Shown: positions 1 through 9,124 of the stretch, one piece after another | Layout of the letters: each line of letters opens with the position of its first letter | Numbering within the stretch: position 1 is the first letter of the stretch | Source of the DNA: a virus | IMG/VR virus record: IMGVR_UViG_3300020187_000015 | Span: 41,789 to 105,788 of that record | Length of the DNA stretch: 64,000 bases | Reading direction: 5' to 3' (one strand) | Notes under the pieces: model-generated | The model's database searches: none | What the model was told of the DNA's origin: nothing | Seen by the model: the letters and a program-made list of their open reading frames with translations, nothing else | Translations under genes and position numbers: made by a program

Positions 1-194
1 CTAGTCTGTGTTACGCCAGCCTGAATATCTGTAGTGAATGGCACAATAGATTCCTTTTCCGCATCACTCAGAGGAAGATCTGCCAACTTAATCTTTTTGG
101 TCTGATTTAGGTCGCTGTCTACTAGTGGTAGCACATCGATTGCTGGATCAGCTGAAGTTAGTTCTGTTAGTTGTGATATTTTTTTGTCTGCCAT
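1..194 (-). CDS. Third paralog of the LRR/adhesin gene array, 5' part only (runs off the window)
   Basis: Manual translation from ATG at 194: MADKKISQLTELTSADPAIDVLPLVDSDLNQTKKIKLADLPLSDAEKESIVPFTTDIQAGVTQT, homologous to the N-termini of 207..2039 and 2052..2744. Confidence 0.9.
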   Translation of the reverse strand, partial: MADKKISQLTELTSADPAIDVLPLVDSDLNQTKKIKLADLPLSDAEKESIVPFTTDIQAGVTQT

Positions 195-206
195 GATTTT
201 TAAAGA

Positions 207-2039
207 TTAAATTATATTAACGGTTACGTTTGCGTTTCCACCAATATTCAGGCCAGATCCAGCTGTCCAACCAAGTCCAGCTAGTACATTTATAGTAAGA
301 GGAGATGCCGTGCCGAGGAAAATATTAATTGCGTTGTCTATAACAGTTTTATCTACATTGCAGTTAATTGTATTTAGTAGATTACAACCCTGAAAAGCTC
401 TCTCTCCTATGCTGCCGACACTAATAGGAATTTCAACAGTTGTCAAAACATCAAGATTGCGGAATGCGTATGAACCGATAGTCGTTACTGTAGTGGGTAT
501 GGTCAAACTCAGTAAAGATCTAAGTTCAGCAAATGTGAATTGCTCAATGGTAGTAAAGCCAGTGTTGCTTGGGAGGGTGAGACTTTCTACCCTGTCACAG
601 CCTTGGAATGCTCTTAGTTTGATGGTGGAAACGCTGTCTGGGATGGTGATGCTCGTAAAGTCGCAGTTTTGGAATGCGCCTCTACCGATGCTGGTGACGC
701 TGTTGGGAATGGTGACGCTCGACAGGCTAGTGCAGTTATAGAATAAGTAATCTTCGATGCTGGTGAAGCCAACATTATTTGGAAGAGTGGCGCTCGCGAG
801 GTCAGTGCAGTTTTGAAATGCGCTATTCCCGATGCTGGTGACACTGTCGGGAATGATAATGCTCGTCAGGCTTTTGCAGTTGTCGAATGCATTCGCCCCG
901 ATAGTTTCGACGCTGTCGGGAATGTTGATGCTCGTCAGGCTGCTGCAGTTATCGAATGTGAACTCCCCGATGCTGGAGACGCTGTTGGGGATGGTGACGC
1001 TCGACAGGCTAGTGCAGCCAAGGAATGCGTAATCCCCGATGGTTTCGACGCTGTCGGGAATGACGATACTTGTAAGAAATACGCAAATGCCGAACGTATC
1101 TCCCGCAATCGAGGTAAACGCAGGATTATTTGGAAGCTTGATACTCGTTAGCGCAGAATAATAAAACGCAAAACTCCCAATGGTGGTGACACTATCAGGA
1201 ATGGTGACGCTCGTCAGGCTGCTGCACCGATAGAATGCGCTAAACCCGATGCTGGTGACGCTGTCGGGAATGGTGACGATCGTCAGGCTGCTGCAGACAG
1301 AGAATGTGTTATTCTCGATACTGGTGAAATTGTTATTATTTGGAAGTGTGACGCTCGCGAGGTCAGTGCAGCGATAGAATGCCGCAGACCCGATAGTTTC
1401 GACGCTGTCGGGAATGACGATACTCGTCAGGCTAGTGCAGAAATCGAATGCGGAATCCGCGATGCTGGTGACGCTATTGCCGATGGTTGCGCTCGCGAGG
1501 CTAGTGCAGCCACGGATTGCGCGATCCCCGATGGTTTCGACGCTGTCGGGAATGACGATACTTGTAAGAGATATGCAACCGCCGAACGTATCTTGCTCAA
1601 TCGAGGTAAACGCAGGATTATTTGGAAGCTTGATACTCGTTAGCGCAGAATAATAAAACGCAAAACTCCCGATAGTGGTGACACTATCAGGAATAAAAAC
1701 GCTCTGATTTGTTAAATTAGCTCCTGCAAAATTGCTATTGCTAAACGCCGCCGATCCAATGCTAGTTACATTAGTCCCAATATAAATGCTGTCTGGTTGA
1801 TACGTATTGTAAAACCCATCCGAATTACTAATAGTTGTAAGATTTCTAGTTTGCTCCACGCCAGCCTGAATATCTATCGTGTATGGGTATGCGGTATCTT
1901 CAGAGGCATCACTAAGCGGAAAGTTGGCTAATTTAATTTTTTTAGTTTTACTTTCGCTGGAGTCTACAACTGGTAAAAAATCTACTGCCGAGTCTGCTGA
2001 AGTTATTTCTGTGAGGTCTGATATTTTTTTGTTTGCCAT
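207..2039 (-). CDS. BspA-type (LRR_5) leucine-rich repeat protein with N-terminal KKISxL module; putative virion adhesin
   Basis: About 20 repeats of LTSxxIPDSVTSIGxxAFxxC; shares N-terminal and C-terminal caps with its neighbours. Confidence 0.9.
   Translation of the reverse strand: MANKKISDLTEITSADSAVDFLPVVDSSESKTKKIKLANFPLSDASEDTAYPYTIDIQAGVEQTRNLTTISNSDGFYNTYQPDSIYIGTNVTSIGSAAFSNSNFAGANLTNQSVFIPDSVTTIGSFAFYYSALTSIKLPNNPAFTSIEQDTFGGCISLTSIVIPDSVETIGDRAIRGCTSLASATIGNSVTSIADSAFDFCTSLTSIVIPDSVETIGSAAFYRCTDLASVTLPNNNNFTSIENNTFSVCSSLTIVTIPDSVTSIGFSAFYRCSSLTSVTIPDSVTTIGSFAFYYSALTSIKLPNNPAFTSIAGDTFGICVFLTSIVIPDSVETIGDYAFLGCTSLSSVTIPNSVSSIGEFTFDNCSSLTSINIPDSVETIGANAFDNCKSLTSIIIPDSVTSIGNSAFQNCTDLASATLPNNVGFTSIEDYLFYNCTSLSSVTIPNSVTSIGRGAFQNCDFTSITIPDSVSTIKLRAFQGCDRVESLTLPSNTGFTTIEQFTFAELRSLLSLTIPTTVTTIGSYAFRNLDVLTTVEIPISVGSIGERAFQGCNLLNTINCNVDKTVIDNAINIFLGTASPLTINVLAGLGWTAGSGLNIGGNANVTVNII
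1032..1694. repeat. ~170-bp near-identical direct repeat (about 1032-1202 and 1524-1694) within the LRR gene
   Basis: Direct comparison; both copies encode IPDSVTTIGSFAFYYSALTSIKLPNNPAFTSIxxDTFGxCxxLTSIVIPDSVETIGD. Confidence 0.9.
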
Positions 2040-2051
2040 TGTGGGTTTACT

Positions 2052-2744
2052 TTATATTATGTTAACGGTCACGTTTGTGTTTCCGCCAATTGTTTGGCCA
2101 GGTCCAGCTGTCCAACCCAGTCCAGATGGCGCGTTTATAGTAAGAGGAGATGCCGTGCCATTGAAAACATTATCTAGGCCATTTATAATAGAAAAATCTA
2201 CATTGCAGTTAATTGTCGCTAAGTTAACGCAATTACGAAAAGCGTTATCCCCAATACTAGTCACACTGCTGGGAATGGTTAAGCTGTTCAGGACATTGCA
2301 GTTTTGAAGTGCGCTAACCCCGATGCTGGTAACGCTGTCTGGAATATTGATACTTTGGATAGCGAAGCAGAGCCGAAATGCATTTTGATCGATACTTGTG
2401 ATACCGTTAGCGATGGTTACATCCGTCAGGGCATCGCAACGAATGAATGCGGATTGCCCGATGCTGGGAACATTGCTCCCAATATAGATACTAGTTAAAG
2501 TAGTGTCATCGCCGTAATACTGATTGTAAGTCAACGGAGCAGTAATATTTCGTGTTTGCTCCACAGTGCCGTGAAAGTCTGTAGTATACGTATACACATG
2601 GTTTTTAGCCGAATCGCTCAGTGGCAAATTACTAAATCTAATCTTTTTGGTCTCATCTGCGCTGGTATCTACAACAGGTAAGAGGTCAGTTGCTGCGTCA
2701 GCTGAAGTTAGTTCCGTAAGTTCTGATATTTTTTTGTCCGCCAT
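2052..2744 (-). CDS. Short BspA-type LRR protein (about 4 repeats), paralog of 207..2039
   Basis: Same N-terminal module, IPDSVTSIG repeats and C-terminal cap TINCNVD...GTASPLTIN...GLGWTAG...IGGNxNVTVNII. Confidence 0.9.
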   Translation of the reverse strand: MADKKISELTELTSADAATDLLPVVDTSADETKKIRFSNLPLSDSAKNHVYTYTTDFHGTVEQTRNITAPLTYNQYYGDDTTLTSIYIGSNVPSIGQSAFIRCDALTDVTIANGITSIDQNAFRLCFAIQSINIPDSVTSIGVSALQNCNVLNSLTIPSSVTSIGDNAFRNCVNLATINCNVDFSIINGLDNVFNGTASPLTINAPSGLGWTAGPGQTIGGNTNVTVNII

Positions 2745-2771
2745 AGTATTTATTACACTATAATTTATAGG

Positions 2772-3152
2772 TTAATCTATAATACTAGCAAAATCATTTT
2801 CTAAGTTAGTCTTTGGCTTATCTTCAACGTGCTTATTACCTACTTCTTTTTCATATTTTTCAAAATATGATTTTTTGACTGGATCATATCCAAGCCTCTC
2901 TTCTCTTTCTATGCTAAGCTCTTTAGAGTAGTCCAACATATCTCCATATGTGCCTTTCATTTTTCCAGTCTTATCAGTAAAAGCCACTTTGTCGAAGGCA
3001 TCGATTTTACTATGGGTACTGAAGTTTATTGGGGTATAAGATCTATCCCATTTTAAGCCGTCCTCATCATGAAAAACATGTTCATCGTTGACCGATTGAA
3101 TTAACTCAATATACTCTTCTCTTTCTGGATGTTTGTAAATGTATTCTGGCAT
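2772..3152 (-). CDS. Hypothetical phage protein (FmdB-like N-terminus lacking cysteines)
   Basis: 126-aa ORF starting MPEYIY; operonic position. Confidence 0.6.
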   Translation of the reverse strand: MPEYIYKHPEREEYIELIQSVNDEHVFHDEDGLKWDRSYTPINFSTHSKIDAFDKVAFTDKTGKMKGTYGDMLDYSKELSIEREERLGYDPVKKSYFEKYEKEVGNKHVEDKPKTNLENDFASIID

Positions 3153-3190
3153 AATACATTATGCTATAGTTTTAACCTTATTCCAATTAT

Positions 3191-4228
3191 TTAAGATATA
3201 ATATCCTTAACGCTTTCTCCAGACTCCCACATTCTGCAGGACCAGTAGCGAGCTTTATATTTTGGACCAGGATTTGTATCGCACTTATGCCTAGCTCTAA
3301 ATGACTTTCTGCGATCTGGATCATCTCTCTTTATTTCCATATTAGGATCTCCGAAATTAACCTTTACTACATTCCCCTTTTCGTTTTTAACATAAACCGA
3401 AAACTTCTTTGGACCCTTTGGTGTTCTGAATGGTTTATTCAATTTGACACCCTTTTTTAATTCAGCCGCAAAAGTAAAAGAGTCAACTTCTTTTCCATCT
3501 CTATCCAAATCATCGTCACAATCGCTAGACATTATACTCTTTGGTTTATTGTAAGAAGCATCATGAGAATCATTTTCGTTAAACCATTTTTGGAAAACGT
3601 CTTCGCTTGATCCTGGAAAATACATAGGAGTTCCGTCAGCCATTTCGTCTGTGTGAATTTCGCCCTTAAAACCAATTTGAATTGATTTTTTTCTTGCGCC
3701 TTCTGGAGTGGAAAAAATATAATCTTCCATTCCAGCTTTACACTTCGCCGCACCATTATGATCAGAGTCTTTCATTAATTTGCCATCAGGCATATAGTGA
3801 TAACCTTCAGGAGCTTCTTTGGAGGCTTTTTTGGGTCTACCATCTTTTCCAGAAGGACCAGACATTGGGTGGCTCTTTGGCAATAAATCAGTGTCGTGTT
3901 TTCCACTTTTGTATTTTAAATTTCTTAATGCATGCAAGAAGGAATTGACTCGCGCCATAGCCCATTGCTGCGAGCTTTTTACGCTTGGTCTAACACTCTG
4001 AGGGTTTGTTCGATAGGCTCCAACCCCTCTTTTGTATACCGCTTCTAGTTTAGAGAGGGTAACTCTCTTTCTTTTGTCGTCTCCGAATTTTTCATTGTGT
4101 TCTTTTACCTTCTTTTTCAAGGATTCTGCAAGAGACGCTTCACTCATCTCTATAAAGCATAGCTCATCTTCTGAGAAAGATACTTCCATTATTTGTTTTC
4201 CGTTTTTTAAAAAATTACGAATGTCCAT
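3191..4228 (-). CDS. Basic multi-module virion-associated/hypothetical protein
   Basis: Motifs VYKRGVGAY...WAMARVNSFL, APEGYHYMPDGKLM and FGDPNM...RRKSFRARHKC recur in phage proteins; start set at ATG 4228, downstream of a TGTATAAT motif. Confidence 0.7.
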   Translation of the reverse strand: MDIRNFLKNGKQIMEVSFSEDELCFIEMSEASLAESLKKKVKEHNEKFGDDKRKRVTLSKLEAVYKRGVGAYRTNPQSVRPSVKSSQQWAMARVNSFLHALRNLKYKSGKHDTDLLPKSHPMSGPSGKDGRPKKASKEAPEGYHYMPDGKLMKDSDHNGAAKCKAGMEDYIFSTPEGARKKSIQIGFKGEIHTDEMADGTPMYFPGSSEDVFQKWFNENDSHDASYNKPKSIMSSDCDDDLDRDGKEVDSFTFAAELKKGVKLNKPFRTPKGPKKFSVYVKNEKGNVVKVNFGDPNMEIKRDDPDRRKSFRARHKCDTNPGPKYKARYWSCRMWESGESVKDIIS

Positions 4229-4255
4229 AGTAGGTATTATACACAATAATATTGC

Positions 4256-4285
4256 AAAAAAGAAAGGCCTTCCCGAAGGAAGGCC
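4256..4285 (-). terminator. Rho-independent terminator
   Basis: Minus strand GGCCTTCC-TTCG-GGAAGGCC followed by TTTCTTTTTT; cUUCGg tetraloop. Confidence 0.9.
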
Positions 4286-4290
4286 ATCAA

Positions 4291-4497
4291 TTATACTACA
4301 GCAAGACTCTTGATTGAGTTTCGATGGACTTTAATTTCTCCACGCTTTCCAGAGAAGCGATCAAAGATTACGAATGTTTCTCCGATAGATTTAACTTTAC
4401 CCATAAAGCATTCGGAAACTTTAGAATTTTGTAGACTTACTCTCATAAATTTACCGCGGGACTTTGTTACTTTTGATTTAATAGTACTTGTATTCAT
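4291..4497 (-). CDS. Small basic hypothetical protein (possible SH3/Sm-like fold)
   Basis: 68-aa ORF coupled to the upstream GT4 stop and followed by a terminator. Confidence 0.65.
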   Translation of the reverse strand: MNTSTIKSKVTKSRGKFMRVSLQNSKVSECFMGKVKSIGETFVIFDRFSGKRGEIKVHRNSIKSLAVV

Positions 4498-5609
4498 TAT
4501 ATTTTTATTAGTTCTAGTATTTCGTCACAGAATTTTGCATCTGTGAACTGAGATGGTAGCTTTTTGCCGCCTTCATTAATTTTCCCATCAAGGACATTTT
4601 TAACGGCAGAATCTAATGAAGTAGACATATTTTCTATATCTAAATCATAAATATTTCCGCAATTAAATGGAGACCCCTGTTGAAAGAAAAGATTATCGAT
4701 TGCTGAAATTTTACCATTAGGAGCCACTTTAATAGAATTACTATCAGTTGCCCACTCTTTAATTCCAGAATTAAAATTAACTACACATTGCTTGCCGAGT
4801 CCAGCCATATGGAAAGAAGGTAGAGACCAAGATTCTCCACCGCTTCCATCAACAACAATGTCTGCAATATTATATGCTTGATTCAACTCCGTTAACTTTC
4901 TAAAGTAGGGCATAAAGATCATGTTATGGGGAACATCTCCATCACAAGCCTCGACTACTTTCATTTTGTTTATCTCCATAGATTTATTCGGGTCTTGATG
5001 GAAAAAGGGATTGAATATATGAAGATGTATCTTGAATCTCTTATCATTCCCAAATTTATTTTTTAACAAATTAATGATACTAGCAGTATGCTTTCTTTTT
5101 TCAAATTTGCCAGCTAAAGCAATTACAATTTCATTATTTTCATACTTTTTAACTTCAGTCTCTTTAAAAGCAAGGGAGTTGTAACCCAAGTTAATTGTTT
5201 TGTGGTTATCAACTCCATATTCTTTGCAGACCTCTTCCGTGAAAGAACAAGGTGATGCAACTTTGTCATAGGAGTTCAAAATATTTTTTTCAGTCGCAGT
5301 AAGTTGATCTAGCTCATGGAAAAAATAAAGGAAGGGGTTTTTACTGATTGAATCTTGAGAGCCATTGATGTGCCAAATTCTCAAGGACGGTTCAGTTCTC
5401 TTGAAGTCTTTCAATGATTTTTGAGTACACAATTGCAACCAAGCCATGAACTGTTCAGGAATGATATCTTCATAAGAAGATAGATCTATTCCAGCTATTG
5501 GAAAAATATTAGGCTCCAGCTTTCTAGAGAATAGCTCATATAGAAGATTGGTAGATACTTGACCTAAGCTAGTGCCATTAATGGGGACCTGCAAACTAAA
5601 ATTACTCAT
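4497..5609 (-). CDS. Glycosyltransferase, GT-B fold (GT4-like)
   Basis: GKFEKRK and YNIADIVVDGSGGESWSLP motifs resemble the GT4 donor-binding domain. Confidence 0.8.
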   Translation of the reverse strand: MSNFSLQVPINGTSLGQVSTNLLYELFSRKLEPNIFPIAGIDLSSYEDIIPEQFMAWLQLCTQKSLKDFKRTEPSLRIWHINGSQDSISKNPFLYFFHELDQLTATEKNILNSYDKVASPCSFTEEVCKEYGVDNHKTINLGYNSLAFKETEVKKYENNEIVIALAGKFEKRKHTASIINLLKNKFGNDKRFKIHLHIFNPFFHQDPNKSMEINKMKVVEACDGDVPHNMIFMPYFRKLTELNQAYNIADIVVDGSGGESWSLPSFHMAGLGKQCVVNFNSGIKEWATDSNSIKVAPNGKISAIDNLFFQQGSPFNCGNIYDLDIENMSTSLDSAVKNVLDGKINEGGKKLPSQFTDAKFCDEILELIKI

Positions 5610-6126
5610 TATTTAAAATCTGTTTATATCTATCTAAAATTCTATTGTACTTTTGACGAATCCATTCGCCAGAATATTTGTTATTCATGTCTTTAGCTAT
5701 CTCTGAAAATGTCATTCCTGACAACCTTTTTTCTAAAATTTCTCTATTTTCTTTATTTTGAATATCATTTTCAACATAACTCAATAACTCCCTTTTACCG
5801 TAATTGGGCATGTGTACTAAGTGGTTATCCTCTATTTCTACGAAATACTTCTTTGAGCTGCAAAGGCTCTGACATGTCCAAAATGCTTTATTGCCTATCC
5901 AGGTTGAGAATTTGCTCCTACTAACATCAAATTCTTTTGCAGCATCATAAAAAAAACTTAAAGGATTTTCTTTTAAATCTTCAATCTCCATTATTCCAGA
6001 GTAAGCATTGGCCTTTTTATAAAAGATTCCGCTGTGCCGCTCTTGTAACTCTTTCAAACAGTTATTTACGTCAATACCATTTTTTATATTTTCAGTAAGC
6101 TCTAAATCAGATAAATCATCAATCAT
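5602..6126 (-). CDS. Phage sigma-70-family sigma factor (regions 2 and 4)
   Basis: Region 2-like AAKEFDVSRSKFSTWI; region 4 HTH GMTFSEIAKDM...EWIRQ; ATG 6126 preceded by AGGAGG. Confidence 0.75.
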   Translation of the reverse strand: MIDDLSDLELTENIKNGIDVNNCLKELQERHSGIFYKKANAYSGIMEIEDLKENPLSFFYDAAKEFDVSRSKFSTWIGNKAFWTCQSLCSSKKYFVEIEDNHLVHMPNYGKRELLSYVENDIQNKENREILEKRLSGMTFSEIAKDMNNKYSGEWIRQKYNRILDRYKQILNNE

Positions 6127-6133
6127 TCCTCCT

Positions 6134-6196
6134 AATATACTACAAATAAAACAAATGTCAATAAAAAGTTGACTTTTTTGCAAGATATTTTATATG
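6134..6196. promoter_or_regulatory. Back-to-back divergent sigma70-like promoters
   Basis: Minus strand TTGACA(6161-6156)-N16-TATATT; plus strand TTGACT(6169-6174)-N16-TATATG; located at the strand switch. Confidence 0.65.
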
Positions 6197-6204
6197 TTTG
6201 ATAA

Positions 6205-6498
6205 ATGGAAGATATAAAACAACCTAAACGTGCGTGGAAAGGGACTTGGATACCTAAAAATATCTGGGAGAACGAACAACTAACTTGGATGGAAAAATGC
6301 ATCTGGGCAGAAATCTTCAATCTGGATGATGATGATCGAGGTGGATGCTGGGCATCGAATGCTTTTTTGGCGAAAAAATTTAACACCAGTCCTCAAACCA
6401 TAACCAATACAATATGCAAACTAAAAAAGCTTAAATTACTTAAGCAAGTAGCCTTTGATGGGAGGCAAAGAGTGCTAAAATCTACCTATTTAGACTAA
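6205..6498 (+). CDS. Winged-HTH protein resembling the N-terminal domain of phage replication initiators
   Basis: KGTWIPKNIW...EKCIWAEI...GCWASNAFLAKKF...TITNTICKLKK pattern. Confidence 0.75.
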   Translation: MEDIKQPKRAWKGTWIPKNIWENEQLTWMEKCIWAEIFNLDDDDRGGCWASNAFLAKKFNTSPQTITNTICKLKKLKLLKQVAFDGRQRVLKSTYLD

Positions 6499-6640
6499 AC
6501 CTATAGGTTTACTCTGACCAAACCCTATGGTTTACCATAGAATAAAGGATAAAATAAAGATTTATTTCTAAAGAAATAAATAAGAAAACGAGTTTTCTAA
6601 AAAAGAATTGTTTTTAAATCATAATATGACTATAAAAGTT
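6493..6640. other. Candidate replication origin: two 20-bp iteron-like palindromes plus an AT-rich tract
   Basis: GACTAAACCTATAGGTTTAC (6493-6512) and GACCAAACCCTATGGTTTAC (6516-6535), then an A/T-rich stretch. Confidence 0.5.
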
Positions 6641-6641
6641 T

Positions 6642-7484
6642 ATGGAAGATTTTACAGATAAGATAACGATTGGGATTCTTGACTTTTTTCAAGAGAAAGA
6701 GTCAAAGGAACTGCTAATGTCCTTAGCTGAAAATCTTTTGATAGATGTTAACATTCTTTTTATCGACAACGGAACTCCAAAAAGTTATAGTAAACAGTTC
6801 CTGAATGATGGACTAATTGATGAGTTAATTATAAACGATAGTAATCTTGGCTGTGGCCCAGCTACCGTTCAAATGTATGATTATTGCAAAACTCCATATT
6901 TGATATACGTCCAAAGCGATCAAAGGCTAAATCAAAAGATTGACGCAGATTCAATGAATGGGATGATTAGAGCTTTGGACGAATACCACTGCATTGACTT
7001 GGCTGGAAATCAAGGGAATGGAAAATTCTCAGAAAGAGCTAATATGATGAAAACGGAATTCTATAAAAGAATTCCAAAACCTACTTTAGGTGGACCAGGA
7101 ATCACAAATGATCAAAAGTATGTAGAGGAATGGGTTCAAGATTTTTTTGCAGACAATAATTGCGTTATAGCTCATGTTAGGCCAACAGTATTTTCTGACG
7201 AAGGTTATTACTCAGTAAGAGAATTGTCACAAGAAGACCCTTGCATTTTAAAACATTCTTGCTGGACCAAGGAGATGTGGATTCTTACTGACCCCCCGAA
7301 GAATAGGCATGAGGTTTATCCACCTCTTAACGAAGAGGAGTGGGATAGATTGATAAAAGGAGATTTTCCTAGGTGGAAAAACAACGAAAGGGGCTATGTA
7401 CCAGAGGCTTGGAGAGACAACATTATTACCAATGAAATCGTGGAATCAAAAATTAGAGAAGACATAAAAAATGACACCGATTAA
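6642..7484 (+). CDS. GT2-like glycosyltransferase
   Basis: ILFIDNGT, SNLGCG and YLIYVQSD motifs typical of GT-A. Confidence 0.75.
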   Translation: MEDFTDKITIGILDFFQEKESKELLMSLAENLLIDVNILFIDNGTPKSYSKQFLNDGLIDELIINDSNLGCGPATVQMYDYCKTPYLIYVQSDQRLNQKIDADSMNGMIRALDEYHCIDLAGNQGNGKFSERANMMKTEFYKRIPKPTLGGPGITNDQKYVEEWVQDFFADNNCVIAHVRPTVFSDEGYYSVRELSQEDPCILKHSCWTKEMWILTDPPKNRHEVYPPLNEEEWDRLIKGDFPRWKNNERGYVPEAWRDNIITNEIVESKIREDIKNDTD

Positions 7485-8340
7485 AAATAAAATTTGGCTA
7501 TGCGGACTTACTTATGGCCCAGCTATTGAAGCCGTAAAAAATAACATTATCCCTATTGCTAAGCATTTCGATGGATTGAATATTGTTCTCCATAAGAGTG
7601 GACCAATCCTAACTGAACAGGAAAGCCAGTTATTTAGCATACTAAATGAAAATAGGGGACAAGGTAAAATTCATATTTTCGATTGGATTAGAAGATATGA
7701 TTTTTCTAGGAATAGATATTTGTTTGACCCATTAATGAATTCTGGAGACTTCTTTGTAGTTTTAGACTCGTTGGAAAATATGACAGAAAATTTCTGTACA
7801 ACAGATCTTCCGAAGATTAGAAAATCAATGGTAGACAATGACCTTGAGGGAGTCTTTCTTCATGGCAAGGGTTTTATTTTTAGAAAAAACGAATGGATGA
7901 AATATGAAAACGGAACTCATGAATGCATCAGACCCATGAATAGAGCTGCTGAGCTTACGCAGATTGCGGGCTATGAAGACAGTTCAAAATACTTCACAAA
8001 CACTAGGCCAAACAAGAGAGAAAAACTTCATTTTGTAGAACACTTTTTTAGATATTATCTAATCGATAACACTATGCAGTGCTATTTAGGCACTGAGAAA
8101 GATGAAGGACTTACTAGAATTAGGTTAGAGAATAGACATGATTTTAGAAATCATCTGTTAAGCAAAGGAGTTGAATTCAATTACGAATCAGTCCTTGAGT
8201 TCTTTGAGCAGGACATAGATCAAGATACTAAAGATCTTATCAATAAAGAAAAAATTCTTAATGACTTCTATAGAAATAAAATACTAGGTGAAGTAGACAT
8301 TTTAGATAATCACGATTACGAAAACATAAAGCCTATATGA
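7471..8340 (+). CDS. Putative GT-A glycosyltransferase
   Basis: DFSRNRY, FFVVLDSLE and YENGTHE resemble GT2-family motifs; cluster context. Confidence 0.6.
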   Translation: MTPIKNKIWLCGLTYGPAIEAVKNNIIPIAKHFDGLNIVLHKSGPILTEQESQLFSILNENRGQGKIHIFDWIRRYDFSRNRYLFDPLMNSGDFFVVLDSLENMTENFCTTDLPKIRKSMVDNDLEGVFLHGKGFIFRKNEWMKYENGTHECIRPMNRAAELTQIAGYEDSSKYFTNTRPNKREKLHFVEHFFRYYLIDNTMQCYLGTEKDEGLTRIRLENRHDFRNHLLSKGVEFNYESVLEFFEQDIDQDTKDLINKEKILNDFYRNKILGEVDILDNHDYENIKPI

Positions 8341-9119
8341 TATCTCTAGCAACTAGTGCATTTAACATAGAGTCTAATGACTTTGACATTCATTCTGCAA
8401 TTAAAAACTGGGAATTGTACGTAGATGAGATTGTTATAAGTACTATACCCTCTAGAGACAACTCTCTGCAAATCCTAAAGGAACTCGAAAGTTCTAAACC
8501 TATAAAGATAATTGAGGAAGATTTTTCACTGGAAGATCCTGAGTTTGATGGTAAGCTTAAAAATAGCTCGCATCAAAACTCTTCTAACGAAATTGTCGTT
8601 CAGTGTGATTTAGATGAAAGAATGGGCGGAAAGCCAGAAGCCTGGAAAAGCTTTGCAGAAACTCTTTTATCAAATGAGAGTGTAAAATCCTTGTTCATTC
8701 CAGTTATTGATCTTTATGGATCTTATTATGAATATTCCTCTATCAATAAAAAATGGTATATATGCAAGAAAGAGGGTACTAAGAGGGGAGTAGTCTCTTT
8801 TGCTAGAAAGCAAGATGGTAAAATTGATATAGAAAAATCAGATACTTGCGAACTTCTCGATGAAGATGATAATTTAGTTCCATATATTGACATATGCCAT
8901 CATTATCAAATAGATCCTCTAAGATATTGCCAGCTACATAATCCCTTCATTTGGCACTTAGGTTATATAGATATGGATAGAAGATCGAAAATTAATTCTT
9001 GGTGGAAACCCCATTGGGAAAACCGTAAAGGAGAAAGTATTGAAGAGGTTGGAATATCTAAAAAAGATTTAGAATCAAGAGAAACTTTTAAACATAATAT
9101 TGAAATAGATTTCTTATAA
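8337..9119 (+). CDS. GT2-like glycosyltransferase
   Basis: VDEIVI, SRDNSL, DxD motif QCDLDE, IWHLGY. Confidence 0.75.
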   Translation: MISLATSAFNIESNDFDIHSAIKNWELYVDEIVISTIPSRDNSLQILKELESSKPIKIIEEDFSLEDPEFDGKLKNSSHQNSSNEIVVQCDLDERMGGKPEAWKSFAETLLSNESVKSLFIPVIDLYGSYYEYSSINKKWYICKKEGTKRGVVSFARKQDGKIDIEKSDTCELLDEDDNLVPYIDICHHYQIDPLRYCQLHNPFIWHLGYIDMDRRSKINSWWKPHWENRKGESIEEVGISKKDLESRETFKHNIEIDFL

Positions 9120-9124
9120 GAATC

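Noticed and set aside
409-2498. Plus-strand ORFs over the LRR genes
   Set aside because: Antisense shadows of repetitive GC-rich coding sequence
207-2744. Diversity-generating retroelement acting on the LRR genes
   Set aside because: No reverse transcriptase in the window, and the repeat differences are not adenine-specific
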